Numbered from the stretch's first letter, positions 1 to 12,551 are shown. The stretch is DNA of 64,000 nt from Chiloscyllium plagiosum (GCF_004010195.1 NC_057719.1:89535620-89599619); one strand, 5' to 3'. Made by a program: numbers and translations. Notes: generated by a model from the letters alone, not told the origin.

Positions 1-198
1 CTCACCTCCTTCTACCTATCCCAGCGCCCCTCCCCCAAACCCCCCTTACCTTTTATCTCAGCCCGCTTGGCACACCAGCCTCATTCCTGAAGAAGGGCTT
101 ATGCCCGAAATGTCTATTCTCCTGCTCCTCGGATGCTGCGCTTTTCCAGCACCACACTTTTCAACTCTGGTCTCTAGCATCTGCAGTTCTCACTTTCA
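1..198 (+). mobile_element. 3' end (pseudo-LTR and tail) of a Penelope-like element
   Basis: Has a hammerhead-like motif and a tail (ctctggtctctagcatctgcagttctcactttc) shared with the copies at 37043, 44340 and 55316. Confidence 0.7.
84..118 (+). ncRNA. Minimal hammerhead-ribozyme-like motif (helix III mutated)
   Basis: CTGAAGA-A-GGGC-ttat-GCCC-GAAA-tGTC. Confidence 0.6.
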
Positions 199-227
199 AC
201 AACTGTTATATCATTAATTAACATTAC

Positions 228-367
228 CTTGAACATTGTTTCCATTACTAACTGCCCTTGAACAGTTGTTATCTGACTGGTATCTACTTGAACAGATTTG
301 GCGTGACTACTGTCTTTTGACTTGTTTGCTGTTGACCGTATCTATTTGAGCTTGTTCTGCCATTTGA
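228..367. repeat. Degenerate tandem repeat, period about 29-30 bp
   Basis: CTTGAACA at 228, 257 and 287; TTTGA at 316 and 345. Confidence 0.5.
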
Positions 368-603
368 ATAATATTGAGGTTAAGATTTGCACTCTTGTGA
401 ATTCTTCATTGAATCATGTATACATTTTCGACTGTCTGACAACTCTTGTTTTGCAGGTATGCTTGAAATTGTAAAGTCAACTTTCGTCTGATATTTATAC
501 GATGTGAACCATGTCGTATCACTGGTTTTTCAACATAATAATAATGGCTAATGTTTATAGTCATAAATTGCATCTTGCCGTAAAGGATTGATCGGTTCAC
601 TAA

Positions 604-992
604 TTTCCCTGGAGCCTCAGAGGCTGAGGCATGACAAAGTCATGAGAGGCAATGGATAGGGCAAATAGACAAGGTCTTTTCGGAGGTGGGCGAGTCCAAA
701 ACTAAACTGCATTGGTTTAAAGTGAGAGGGAAAAGATTTCAAAGGGACCTTAGGGGTAATGTTTTCACATAGAGGGTGGTATGTGTATGGAATGAGCTGC
801 CAGAGGAAGTGGTGGAGGCTGGTACAATTACAACATTTAAAAGGCACCTGGATGGATATATGAATAGGAAGGGTTTGGAGGGATATGGGCCAAGTGCTGG
901 CAAATGGGGCAAGATTGATTTATGATATTTGGTCAGCGTGGATGCGTTGGATTGAAGGATCTGTTTCTGTGCTGTGTATCTGTGACTCTAAT
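604..992 (+). mobile_element. CR1-type LINE 3' fragment
   Basis: Closely similar to the CR1 3' end at 27720-28105 (tggaatgagctgccagaggaa...aggcacctggatgg); ends in a tgactcta tail. Confidence 0.85.
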
Positions 993-1081
993 ACATTAGA
1001 TGTCTCTTCTGTTACAGATTTGTTTACTGCATTAGCATCTTTGAGTAGCTATTTGATTTCTTGCCTGCTCCATAACTATTA

Positions 1082-2245
1082 GAGACAAAAAAAAAGTGCA
1101 GATGCTAGAATCCACAATAGACAAGCAGGAGGCTGGAAGAACACAGCAAGCCAGGCAGCATCAGAAGATGGAGAAGTCAATGTTTTGGGTGTAACCCTTC
1201 TTCCAGACTGGGAGTGGTGGAAGGGGGAGCTGCAGATAAAGGGGGTGGTGGGATTAGGGTGGTGAGGTGGGGATAGGCGAAGACAGGTACAGGGTACCTC
1301 TGTCATCCAGACAGCCCTCCGCTGCACCACTTCATTCCCCATTCCACTGCTGTAAACACCCCTCACCGGACTCAATAAAGACAGAGTCCCCCATGTCCTC
1401 AACTACCACCCCACCAGTCTCCGCATCCAATCCATCATTCTTAAGTACTTCTGCCAACTCCAAATAGACCCCACCACCAAGAACATCTTCCCCTCCCCAC
1501 CCCTCACTGCCTTCCGCAAGGACAGTTCCCCTCCACAGTCCTTGGTTTGCGCCACTCTCCCCACCAACCCCTGTGGACCCCCAGGTACCTTCTCCTGCAA
1601 CTGAAAAAGATGCAAAACCTGCCAGTACACCATCCAGCGCCCCAAACAGTCTTCCCAGGTGAGACAGAGGTGCACCTGCCTCTCTTCCAACCTAGTTTAC
1701 TGCATCAAGTGCTCTGGATGTGATTTTCTCTACATCGGGGAGACCAAATGTAAACTTAGGGAATGGTTCACTGAGCATCACAGTCAGGCTCTCAGGGTCT
1801 GACCGGACCTCCTAGTCACCGCCCATTTTAATTCCCCCAACCATTCCCTTTCCAACATGACCATCCTTGGCCGCCTCCATTGCAACATTAAACCAAACTG
1901 CAAATGAGAGGAACAACACCTCATCTTCCACCTGGGGAGCCTACAGCCCAGAGGACTCAACATTGAGTTCTCCAATTTCAAATAACCTCCCTTCCCATCC
2001 CCCGACTCCCATCCCAGGTCCACCCCCTCCCTTCCACTCCTCCCTGCCACCAACCGGATTCATTCCTATCGTTGACCTGTCTTCACCTATCTCCACCTCG
2101 CCACCCTGCCCCGCCACCCCCTTTATCTGCAGCTTCCCCCACACCCACCCCCAGTATTGAAGAAGGGTTACACCCAAAGCGTTGACTTCTCCACCTCCTG
2201 ATACTGCCTGGGTTGCTGTGTTCTTCCAGCCTTCTGCCTTTCTTT
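1082..2245 (+). mobile_element. Penelope-like element (Neptune-type GIY-YIG endonuclease) with inverted terminal arm
   Basis: 1590-1780 encodes a decayed CNxKRCKTC...CLSSNLVYCIKCSGCDFLYIGETKCKLREWFTEH (GIY-YIG). 1125-1288 is the reverse complement of about 2075-2240. Both arms carry a decayed hammerhead motif. Confidence 0.85.
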
Positions 2246-2344
2246 TATGCCACAAGCATTTTGTTTGGAAGAAAGGCACTGCTTGTTCAACAGCATTGAC
2301 AATTGACTCTTACTATCTGCTGCCTGGACTATACTTTGAAACAG

Positions 2345-2500
2345 AAACAGAAACATTTCGGCTCTGATGACCCTTAGAATTCAAACTCAATTCTTATGAA
2401 GAGTCATCAGACTGGAAGCATTAACTCTGATTTCTCTTCACAAGTGCTGTCAGACTTGCTGAGCTTTTCCAGCAATTTCTGTTTATTGTTTCAGAGTATA
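2345..2500 (+). mobile_element. Decayed short Penelope-like derivative with a small inverted arm
   Basis: Hammerhead remnant (tgaagagtcatcagactggaagcattaactc) plus a tail similar to 23201-23300 and 45870-45980. Confidence 0.5.
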
Positions 2501-3199
2501 CTCCAGATTTTTATACCTTTTCCACTAAACTGAATTGCTATGTTGCTTCTGGATTTCTGCTTTACTTTGGAGAGAATTAATTTGGAGTTATCTGAATAAC
2601 TTTGGAGAGAATCAAATATTCTTTGGACTGGAATAAATTTATTCATCAGCAATTCTAACAACAATCCTGCCTTTTGGAAATTCAATCTGTGCAAGTGCAA
2701 TTTCTAGTGATTATTAATGAAATGGGTTCCTGTGAATGCTGAACCTTTCTGTTAATTCTTGTTCTTCAACAGTTTTATTTGTTCTCATTAAAGTACTTCT
2801 CAAATGGTTGTAGAACTTAATTATAATACTTGTGCATTCTTTGTCTTGGCAAGATATAGGTCTAATCAAATTCAAAACTTGTTTGGCTTTTGACATCGCA
2901 TTTAGTTTGATTGCATTCCTGTATTTAAGAACTTGTTTTTTTTTAAATGTCCAATTTTGCATTTTATTTGCTCATCCTTGAAATTAAACTGACTCGGCAA
3001 TATTATTTCTCCTTCCTTTTTTTGTTTATGACTCTTTATTATTTTGTTGAAACTTTCCTGTTCTGCTGTGTTGCCATGCTGTGTTACTTACGTTGCTTTA
3101 ATCTTGCAGTTGATCAATGCTGTCTTAATCTTTTTGGAAGGGCTTTTAAATAGCTGTACAAACAGTACTGTTTTGATTTCCTGACCTTTGAGAATATTA

Positions 3200-3308
3200 G
3201 GTGAAAGTGGGTACTGCAGATGCTGGATTCAAGATTAGAGTAGTGCTGGAAAAACACAGCAGCATCCGAGGAGTAGGAAAATTGACATTTCAGGCCAAAG
3301 CCCTTTGA
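3200..3308 (-). mobile_element. Short Penelope-like 3' fragment with truncated hammerhead
   Basis: Reverse complement aagggctttggcctgaaatgtcaattttcctactcctcggatgctgc resembles the element at 1-198. Confidence 0.65.
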
Positions 3309-3324
3309 GAATATCAACTGTACA

Positions 3325-3772
3325 TAAGACCATAAGCAATTGGAATTGGAGTGGGCTGTTCGGCCCTTGTGTCTGTTCAGCTATACAATAGGATCATGGC
3401 TGACTTGACATTCTTCAGGTCCTGCCTTTTCTCCGAAACCCTTCATTCATCCACTGAACAAGAATCTATTTATCTTACCCTTAACTATACATAAGGTTGC
3501 TGCTCCCACAGTTGTCTGTGGCAATAAGTTTCAAAGACTCCAAATCCTCTGATAGAAGAAATTTCTCTCAACTCATTACTAAATTGGTGCCCTTTATTCT
3601 GAGACTATGCCCTCTGGTCCTAGACTCTCCCATGAGGGGACACATCCTTTCAGCAGTAACCCTTTAAAAATCCTGTGTATTTCAATGCGACCACCCCTTA
3701 TTCTTCCAAACCCCAGTGTGTAGAGCACTAGCCTGTTTAACCTTTTATACTGGGGATCATCCTCGTGAACAG
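3325..3772 (-). mobile_element. CR1-type LINE 3' fragment
   Basis: Reverse complement resembles the CR1 3' ends at 18605-18935 and 37245-37670 (taagaccataag tail). Confidence 0.7.
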
Positions 3773-3783
3773 TATTCTAGAAG

Positions 3784-4100
3784 TTAGAATCCCTACAGTG
3801 TGGAAACACAATAAGTCCACACCGACCCTTCAAAGAGTAACCTGCCCAGACCATTTCCCCTAACCTATATTTACCCCTGACTAATACACCTACATATCCC
3901 TGAATATTTTGGGCAATTTAGCATGGCCAATTCACCTAACCTGCACATCTTTGAATTGTGGGAGGAAACCAGAGTACCTGGAGGAAACCCACGGGGAAAA
4001 TGTGCAAACTCCACACAGACAATCCCCCAAGGCTGGAATCAAACCTAGGTCCCTGGCGCTGTGAGGCAGTAGTGCTAACCACTCGGCCATCGTGCTGCCC
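3784..4100 (-). mobile_element. tRNA-derived V-SINE (HE1-like)
   Basis: tRNA-like head with B box, V-domain (tgtgtggagtttgcaca...gtgggtttcctcc...tcccaca) and CR1-like tail; several copies in the window. Confidence 0.85.
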
Positions 4101-4319
4101 CAATGCTCCCTTCGACAACTTCCTTGAAATTGAAATGCTTCCTTCTACAGCTTACTGGAGTGTTGTCACATACCAATTTTGTCTTGCCTAATATTGGGAG
4201 TGATGCGAGAATATTGGAGAATTGCAAGCATTACTCTCTTGTTCAAAAGGATAAGCCCATAATTATGGACTCATCTGTTTCACTTCAGTGGTGGGGAAGC
4301 TTTAAGAAATTATTTGGGA

Positions 4320-5535
4320 TAGAATTAATAGTCACATGAAGAGAGAAGTGATGAGTGGATTAGGAGGAGTCGGCATGGATTCCTGAAGGGGAGATCATTG
4401 TCAACTGACTTGCTGGAGTTTTCTGATGAGGTCACTAAAATGGTCATTGAGGATAAAGCTTTTAATTTGGTGTAACTGGATTCCCAGAAGATGTTTCATA
4501 TTATGCCAGACAACGAATCTGAGAAAGGTTGCAGCTCATGGAATACAAAGGCATTTGGTCGAAACACGAGTACAAAATTGGTTGAACAATAAGCAGACAT
4601 GAATAATGGTTAGTAACTGTTCAAAGTAGAGGAAAGTTCATTGTGGAGTTCTCAAAGTGTCAATGTTTGCAATCTTTGATTTCCCTAATGTATATAAATG
4701 ATCTAGATGGGGAGAATTTCAAAATTTGTGGACAACACAAATTGAGGAGAATTTTAAACTGTAGACGACAGTGTAAAACTTCAGAAGTTATTGTAGTGGA
4801 TAGCTAGGTGACAGATGAGGTTCAATGTGAAGAAATATGAGATGGTACAAAGAACATGGAGAGACAATATGAAATAAAGAATGATATTCCAAAAGGATGT
4901 GCAGGAGCAGAGGATCCTGGGTATATGTAAATGTAAGTTGTTACAGGTAGCAGGACAGTTACAGAGAAGTGTTAATAAAGTATATGTTGTTCCAGACTTC
5001 ATTATTAGGGGCATAGAGTACAAGAGCAGAGAGGTTAAGCTAAACCTAAGTGGGACACTGGTTAAACATCCACTGGAGTATTGTGTAAAGTTCTGAGCAC
5101 CACACTGTAAAAAGGATATGATCACATTGGAGTGAGTGCAAAAAAGGTTTCCAGGAATTGCTCAAGAGATGAAGGAAGATTGGAGACATTGGTGTTTTCC
5201 TTGGAGAAAAGGTGATTTGATAGTTTACAAAATCATGAGGGCTTGATTGATAACCTGAGGATGTTGTTCTTAAATATTTCATTAAAGAAGCAAATGGTGT
5301 ATCAGAAAAAATGTGTGCTCACAGTGAGTAGTTGGAATGTAGAATGTATTGCTTTGAAGTTTGGGGGGGGGACAGGTTCAAGTCAGGCATTCAAGAGTGC
5401 ATTGAATGATCATTTAAATAGAAACAGTGGGGATATGGCAGGAGATTAGTATTAAGTTATAATGCTCAGCGAAATAGTGAAGACACAATGGATCAAATGG
5501 CTTCCTTCTGCACCATAATTATTATATGATCTGTG
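4320..5535 (+). mobile_element. Old CR1-type LINE, RT and 3' region
   Basis: Decayed RT motifs (KFxDxTK, IEYKSREV, LEYCV.F) and a CR1-like 3' UTR. Confidence 0.8.
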
Positions 5536-5639
5536 AAACTCTTTCGTGGATTTGTCACCTTAAGGTCCACCTACTCCAATTCACCTCAGGCTTGCCTCCC
5601 ACATCCTACCCTCCTCAAATATGAAGTCTTTCAAATACT

Positions 5640-6081
5640 GCCAGCAAGTATGGTTCACCCTTAATTACTTGCTTACTGAACTACATTAGGACTTGATTAG
5701 GCTCAGTTTTAAAATTCTTAACTTTTATTCAATTTGCTACATGACCTTGTTCCTCCCTATTTATGTAAATGCTCTCGTCCCACAATTTTGAGATACTTGA
5801 TTCTGATTTCAGTTCCTCCCAGTCTGGTGACTGCTGATAGTTGCCTTGGAGATGAGCTCTGGAACTCTCCACCCCTCTTAATCTCTCTGCCTGTCGAACT
5901 CGCTTATTCACTGTTTCTTTAAGACGTCCCTTAAAACTTTTGTCTTTGACTAAGCTTGCCCATCTACCCTCATATCATCTAATGGGATTCAGTGCAACTG
6001 TTTGTTTATGATGCTGTAGTGAAGCAACCTGTGATGTTTTGCTACATTAGATGTGTTATATAGATACAGCTCGTTGTTGCT
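5640..6081 (+). mobile_element. Old L2-like LINE 3' end
   Basis: Similar to 49590-49940 (fkil-type coding remnant, ctctggaactctc); ends in a gttgttg tail. Confidence 0.55.
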
Positions 6082-6238
6082 AACTATTATTTGCCATTTC
6101 TTGGAGAATTTTCCTATTCAGCTGATGGAGCAGCGGGAGAGAAGTTAACATAATCATCCATTGTTTTGAAATTCTTGACTAGGGCATATTGGTTGATTGA
6201 AACTGCATAAGTATATTTAAATTATGATTTTATTTCAG

Positions 6239-6336
6239 TCCTGTTATGAGCATGGAAAAGAAGTGATTGTCGTGCCGAAAACATCTGCTTCCACGGACTC
6301 ACCATGGTTGGGTCTTGCCATATATGCTTGGTCAGG
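6239..6336 (+). CDS. ZFYVE1: ZFYVE1 (DFCP1) internal coding exon; earlier exons lie upstream of the window
   Basis: Splice sites tttcag|TCC...TCAGG|gtaagt; 98 bp. Encodes SCYEHGKEVIVVPKTSASTDSPWLGLAIYAWS(G), matching remembered vertebrate ZFYVE1. Phase 2 joins the next exon. Confidence 0.95.
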
Positions 6337-6959
6337 GTAAGTGTTCAATACTTCAATTACTTAACTACCAAACCATATATGCAATAAGACTGAATTAATT
6401 AAGAATCTCAAGGTGATGGGGTCTCTAGGCAAGATGATTAGTACAAGGATAAAATTTTGTATAAACCTGGGGTTGTGACAAGTGGGTCCATAACTAATGT
6501 TTTAAGTAAAGGCAGTTTCAAGGGTGTAATGGCAAAGATGACTAACATGGACTAGGAAAGTCAGTTAAAAGATAGACAACAGTGACAAACTTTTAAAGGG
6601 ATATTTCATATTCTAGGATATGTTCCATTGAAGATGACACGCTATCAGAAAGTTGCACCATTTGTGGCTAACTAAAGAAATGTCATTAAAGTTAATTACA
6701 AAAATTTCCTGGCAACTTAAAAAGAAGCCAACCATCATTTTCACTGATGGTTTCTCTGAGGAAGTTCCTTCTGATCTTTGGGAAGCTTAATGACTTTCTG
6801 GCCATTTTGGGTGAAAAGAATTGGAACTGTCAGTTTCATTGTCAATCTTTGTGCTTTTTCGACCCTCCGTGACCTCAAACCTCAAAGCCACTGACTCTGA
6901 GCAATCATCACTAAAATCGGTGTGAGGTTTTAAATGAGCCAGTCATGCATCATATTTTT

Positions 6960-7626
6960 GTTACTTTAAAAGTGAATATTAAACAACTATTCACAATTGT
7001 AAGTCCCCTTTCTCTTAACAGCTTATTATCTCCCTCTAACTCTGCAACAATATGTTGTTCCAATAATTACATTTATTAGATTATTAAATTCCACTCATTA
7101 GAATCGCATCAACTTAATTTCAAAACCACACAACTACTGTCATCTTCTATGCCTTTCTTCTTCCAGCTGAGGAGTTCCCTGGGTCGTCGTCCTTCTTTTT
7201 ACTGGGAGAATGTTTCAGGTTTATACCTTTGATAGAGAGTGTTTCCTAATTTGTTGGAGAGTAAGATGTTAGATCTCCATGCATTTCTGTCTCGATTGCA
7301 GTTGCTCGCTGATCAATTTTCAAAAGGTCTGCATTTTGTCTTCCCTCCCCAACATTGAATCATCTCATTGGTTCGATGTTGGCAAAACAATAAATTCAAA
7401 CTCCATTGGGTTTTGGTGTCCTTCGGCATAATTTAAATTGATTGGTTAAATTCGAATTGCTGTCAAAACAGGTATCCACTCCACAGCCAAATGTTACATA
7501 TTTTCAGTTTTCCAGTACACACTGAGACTGTCATCTCTTCATATACACAGGTGCTAGTAATCTCTCAGTTCAGAACAGCATTCACTGTCTCTCAAAGGTA
7601 CAATACACACCTTCAACATCATAACA
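6960..7626 (-). mobile_element. Solo LTR, truncated at one end; same family as 20404-21156
   Basis: Colinear with about 20535-21156 and ends in tcataaca. Confidence 0.75.
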
Positions 7627-8706
7627 ATAGCTAATCAAACACTGTAATGTTTTTTCTCACCCAATCTCCATAAACCAATATACTATTGGTAATCAGAAGT
7701 CTTCCAATTTCTATCTTAAACATAACGACTGAGCCTTCACAACCCTCTTTATAACAAGACATATTGACTCAGTCAATGATCCACAAACTGCAGCTCATTC
7801 ATCTGTCAACCCAAGTCTTTTGCAAACTAAAGTGTTTTCCAACAGCAGCATTCCAATCAGCAAATAGAAAAATGAGAAAACCTCATGATTTTCCAGTGGT
7901 TCAGGAATGTTCTGATTTGTTGGAAATTAGCTTCAAAAGTGGCATTCCGTTTTCAAAAATGCTACTTACCAGTTTTATAAACAACTGTCTACCAGCCATT
8001 GAAATCTGAGAGAAATAGGCATTGTCGAATTTGGGAAGATCATTCTTTTTTTGCATTGTGGTTTAAACAATGGATAAAGCCGCTGCTCTATGCCAAGGGA
8101 CTGTAGAAGATGATGCTGCTGTTTTTAAAAATAAAAGTTATCAGAACTTGGTGTAAGTAATGTGTGCAATGAGCCTTATTTTAAGCAGTGAGAGAGGATA
8201 CGAGACACCTTGCCTCCATGATTGTGTGCAGGGCAGTTTTGCCCAGTGATGGGACTTTTGATTAGTTTTCCAACCAGGCAAATGGTCTGTGTTTAGGAGT
8301 GCTCAGCATAGCACAAGAACCATGCCTTGAAAAAACTCTGGACAGGATGGAGAAAAAATTGTTTTTAAAAGCAAGGATGCAGAATTCCATGGTGGGTGCA
8401 GAATTCCACAGCAAAGTGCTAGCAACCTATTCTGATCAGTTCTTTTGTGGTTAGGGTACCCACAAAATGCAGTCTACCTATAATAATTTATAGAAACCTG
8501 GTCTGAATGTCAGGTAAATTGGAGTACTTACGTACCCTGAAACAAAAACATTAACATTTCGTATGACTCTGGGAATAGCAGGTCTCAATTTATGGTGCCC
8601 TACCCCGGTGGATGACAATTAGGGTCCTGCTTGAAATGTCAACACTCCTACTCTTCTGATGCTGCTTCACCTGCTGTTCTTTTTCCGGCTCCACATTTTA
8701 TCCACT

Positions 8707-9420
8707 GTAACAATAGTACCAACCCCTTAAGTGGGCAGGTAGCTAACCTTTGTGTTTGGTCAGTACAACAGAAATATTCAGCCTATAAAAGAGAAACCAC
8801 GTAAATCTCTCTCTCTCCCTCTGACAGTGGTGAAGTAACAGAAAATCTGAGCAGCTAGCTATTCTCTCGCTGCAAATTCCCTTTCTAAAAGGAAAAGTGA
8901 TAAATCGCTTACAGATATACTGAAAGGGTGAATCTTTAACTAGTGACTAAAAGATTGAGAAGCAGTTTACCCACAATCTGTGTCCTCATCAAAGAGTCAA
9001 AATGAACCAAGAGGAGCTTTAATTGGACTGATGCCAGAATTGACTTGTTGTTCTTCCCTGAGACACGCCTATAACATTTGTGTTTTGTCTAATCTCTTTG
9101 TGCTGTGTGTGTGTGTGTGTTGGAAATTTTAAAAGGGGTAAAACTTAATTTCTACAATTTTAAGTTAGCAATTCATGCTTTTCTCTTGTTATTGGTATTA
9201 TAATTAGGGATTCCTGTTTCTTTTCTTGCCATTGGTTAAACTTTGACTACAATAAATATTTCTTGTTAATAATAAAAACCTGATGTGCATATTCTTGTAA
9301 TCTGAATGGGGCAGTTTGGTAAAATTGTGCAATTTGATGGTTTACTCAAATTTTTACACTGCGATGACTTGGGGAAATAGTAGAGCTTGATTGCAGCATG
9401 CTACCCAGGAAGTCATGTCG
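8707..9420 (+). mobile_element. Possible old solo LTR
   Basis: Starts TGTAAC and contains TATAAAA and AATAAA; the 3' end is degenerate. Confidence 0.35.
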
Positions 9421-10163
9421 CGTTTCAGCAAAACAATCTAAAGTATCAGTTTGATGCTTTTCCTATTTTCTGGGAAGAGCTTGGGTCAAAAGAAATTCAA
9501 TCAGAAAGCATGCACTTTGCAGAAGTACGTAGCACAATTGCCAGTAATTGTGCCAGTAAACTTATCTCCCTTCTTAACCTGGTGTGCTGTGGGTATTAGA
9601 GCAGCCTGAAATCAGCAGGAGCTGGCCGGAAATCTCATGAGAGGTCTCTGAAGACCTGGGTAAATTTGGTGTGATGACACCGACATGCTCTGGATCTGTC
9701 TTTTAAGGTCACCCCATTGGAAGAATCAAAGAGGCACAGTAAATATTGACTGCCTCACATAGGCCATGTGTGCAATTCCAGATAGAGAGAACTTCAGGTG
9801 CATCCAGTAGCAGGTCCTGATGGGGCTGGTCAATAGTTGGGAAACTTAGGGGCAGTTGATTTCTGGGAGGGCTGGGGTAGTTGTTCTTGTTGAGTTCAGG
9901 ATAGTTTGTCACATAAAAGCAGTATTATTAGGCCAGTGGTAATTTGGATATGTCTATTACATTTTGTACAATGCTTACTTGTTAAGAGTTGAAATGTCAA
10001 ATCTCAAACTGTATTGACCTCACAGGCAGCAAGCAGATTTGGAAGGAAGCAACAAATTAAAGATTGGAAGCTACTGTTGTACAGGAATACCGGAATAGTA
10101 TGCACATTTTTTTGTGAGCTACTAACAAATTTAGTTGGTTGACAAAGTTATTACTTCTTGCAG

Positions 10164-10281
10164 GTATGTGATTGAGTGCCCAAATTGTGGCATTATTTAT
10201 CGTAGTCGGCAATACTGGTTCGGTAACCAGGATCCAGTGGACACTGTGGTGCGAACAGAAATTGAACATGTTTGGCTTGGA
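10164..10281 (+). CDS. ZFYVE1: ZFYVE1 coding exon
   Basis: ttgcag|G...GGA|gtgagt; 118 bp. Encodes YVIECPNCGIIYRSRQYWFGNQDPVDTVVRTEIEHVWLG. Confidence 0.96.
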
Positions 10282-11096
10282 GTGAGTAATACACATTACA
10301 TTTCTGCTGATGACAGCATGTAATTACATCCAAGATTTTATCAACAGGGCAAAGAGCAGTACAAAAGGAGCAGAATGTCTGCCAGTGCTTTCAGCTTGAG
10401 AGTGACTTGTTTTTGTCTTAAGCAGGAACTTGGAAACTTAAGGTCATAATTGCTGCTACTCACTTTGCAAGTTGTTTTCCTATTTGGGGAATTCAGTTTT
10501 GGGAACAATCACCTTCACTTCAAAGAAAGGTGATTGAAAGAATGATGACTTTAGCAATAAATAGCTGGCTTACTGACCCATGAAGGTCAGAGTTGATGTG
10601 TGCTGAATTAATATTGCTACAGCAACAAGTAAAACAGAAACTACTGGAAATAAGTTGAGCAAAAGAGTTAATATTTGCAGTTCCAACTCCTTTCTCTCTT
10701 CCCAGATGCTGCTTGGCCTGCTGTATTTCCCCAGCATTTCCTATTTATAGTTCAGATTTCCAACATCTGCAATAATTTGCTTTTGTTTTATGAATAGTAT
10801 TCTTAGGACAACTGGCAACACATCCAAGTTCAACGGAGTGAGAGTTTGCCTGACTTCCTGCTTCAAATCAAACTGTGTGCTGGAAGAGTTGTTGAAATCT
10901 GTAATTGTCCTCCCAGCTCTCTTTATGTCACTCTATCAGCATATAGTTTTTATCTCATGTTTATTGACATCTCCCTTGTATATACCTAGATCAGTCTTAA
11001 ATACATCAAAGCTGTTGGTCTCAACTTCTTTTCATTTTGGCTCTGTGTTCTAACAACACTCTAGGTCAAAATTTGTCTTGAATTCCCTATTAGCTT

Positions 11097-11465
11097 TAGA
11101 GTCAGAGAGATATACAGCACTGAAAAAAGACTCTGCTGACCAACTCATCCATATCAACCAGCTATCCTAAATAAATCTAATCACTGTAAATCCTTCCTAT
11201 TCATATTCACCTAGATGCCTTGTAAATGTTGTAATTGTCCCACCCTCCACTACTTTTTTCTAGCAGCTCATTCCATACATGCACCACCCTATGTGTGAAA
11301 AAGTTGCCCTTTAGGTCCCTTTATATCTTTCCCTCTCACCTTAAATCTATGCCCTCCAGTTTTGGACTCCCACACCCCGCCGGAAAGACCTTGTCAGTTA
11401 AGCCTATACATGCCTCTATAAGGTCACCTGTCAGCCACTGACCCTTCAAGCAAGATAGCCTCAGC
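11097..11465 (-). mobile_element. CR1-type LINE 3' fragment
   Basis: Reverse complement of the same 3' end seen at 604-992. Confidence 0.8.
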
Positions 11466-11818
11466 CTCTCTCTCTCTCCCCCTTCCCCCCACTCTCACTC
11501 CTCTCTTTTTCTCTCTCTCTNNNNNNNNNNNNNNNNNNNNNNNNNNNNNNNNNNNNNNNNNNNNNNNNNNNNNNNNNNNNNNNNNNNNNNNNNNNNNNNN
11601 NNNNNNNNNNNNNNNNNNNNNNNNNNNNNNNNNNNNNNNNNNNNNNNNNNNNNNNNNNNNNNNNNNNNNNNNNNNNNNNNNNNNNNNNNNNNNNNNNNNN
11701 NNNNNNNNNNNNNNNNNNNNNNNNNNNNNNNNNNNNNNNNNNNNNNNNNNNNNNNNNNNNNNNNNNNNNNNNNNNNNNNNNNNNNNNNNNNNNNNNNNNN
11801 NNNNNNNNNNNNNNNNNN

Positions 11819-12186
11819 CCCCCCCCACACGCAATAAAGACAGAGACCCCCTTTGTCCTCACCTCCCACCCCACCAGTCTCCACATACAAAGCATCATCC
11901 TTAAATACTTCTGCCAACTCCAACCAGACCCCACCACCACGAACATTTTCCCTTTCCTACCCCTGTCTTCCTTCCACAAGGACAGTTCCCCTCGATGGTC
12001 CTTGGTTTGCGCCACTCTCCCCACCGACCGTCTCCCAGGTACCTTCCCCTGCAACCGGAAAAGATGCAAAACCTGCCAGTACACCACCCCCTCAGCTCCA
12101 TCCAGGGCCCCCAACAGTCCTTCCAGGTAAGATAGAGGTTCACCTGCCTCTCTTCCAACCTAGTTTACTGCATCAGGTGCTCCTGG
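11819..12186 (+). mobile_element. Penelope-like (Neptune-type) fragment next to an assembly gap
   Basis: Highly similar to 1370-1715; encodes CNRKRCKTC...FTCLSSNLVYCIRC. Confidence 0.8.
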
Positions 12187-12327
12187 GTTTCAGTGCTAAA
12201 TTGCCCATTGTGTCCAGTGATGTGTAGGTTAGGGGTAAAAATAATGGCAAATGTGTTTGGGCAGGATACTCTTCGGGTCAGTGTGGACTTGTAGGGCCGA
12301 AGGGCCTGTTTTCACACTGTAGGCATT
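12186..12327 (+). mobile_element. V-SINE 3' half
   Basis: gctaaattgcccatt...gggccgaagggcctgttttcacactgtagg, as in the other copies. Confidence 0.7.
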
Positions 12328-12380
12328 ATTTTACTAATTTTAGTAATGACCAGTAAAGATGACACCTTTCTCTTTCTCAG

Positions 12381-12551
12381 AGTGATGGATTTCTAAAGGA
12401 CAATAACAATGCTGCGCAGCGATTGCTGGATGGCATGAATTTGATGGCACAGTCAGTTTCAGAATTTGGTGCAAAACCAACCAAAGCAGTGACAGCCTGG
12501 CTGACAGACCAGATTGCACCAGCCTACTGGAGACCAAACTCTCAGATTATT
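12381..12551 (+). CDS. ZFYVE1: ZFYVE1 coding exon leading into the first FYVE domain
   Basis: ctcag|AGT...ATT|gtaagt; 171 bp. Encodes SDGFLKDNNNAAQRLLDGMNLMAQSVSEFGAKPTKAVTAWLTDQIAPAYWRPNSQII. Confidence 0.96.

Noticed and set aside
228..367. CRISPR-like array
   Set aside because: The repeat core is only 5-8 bp, the spacers resemble one another, the context is a vertebrate intron and there are no cas genes.
406..600. 64 aa minus-strand ORF
   Set aside because: It has a non-ATG start, no recognisable motif and no supporting splice structure.
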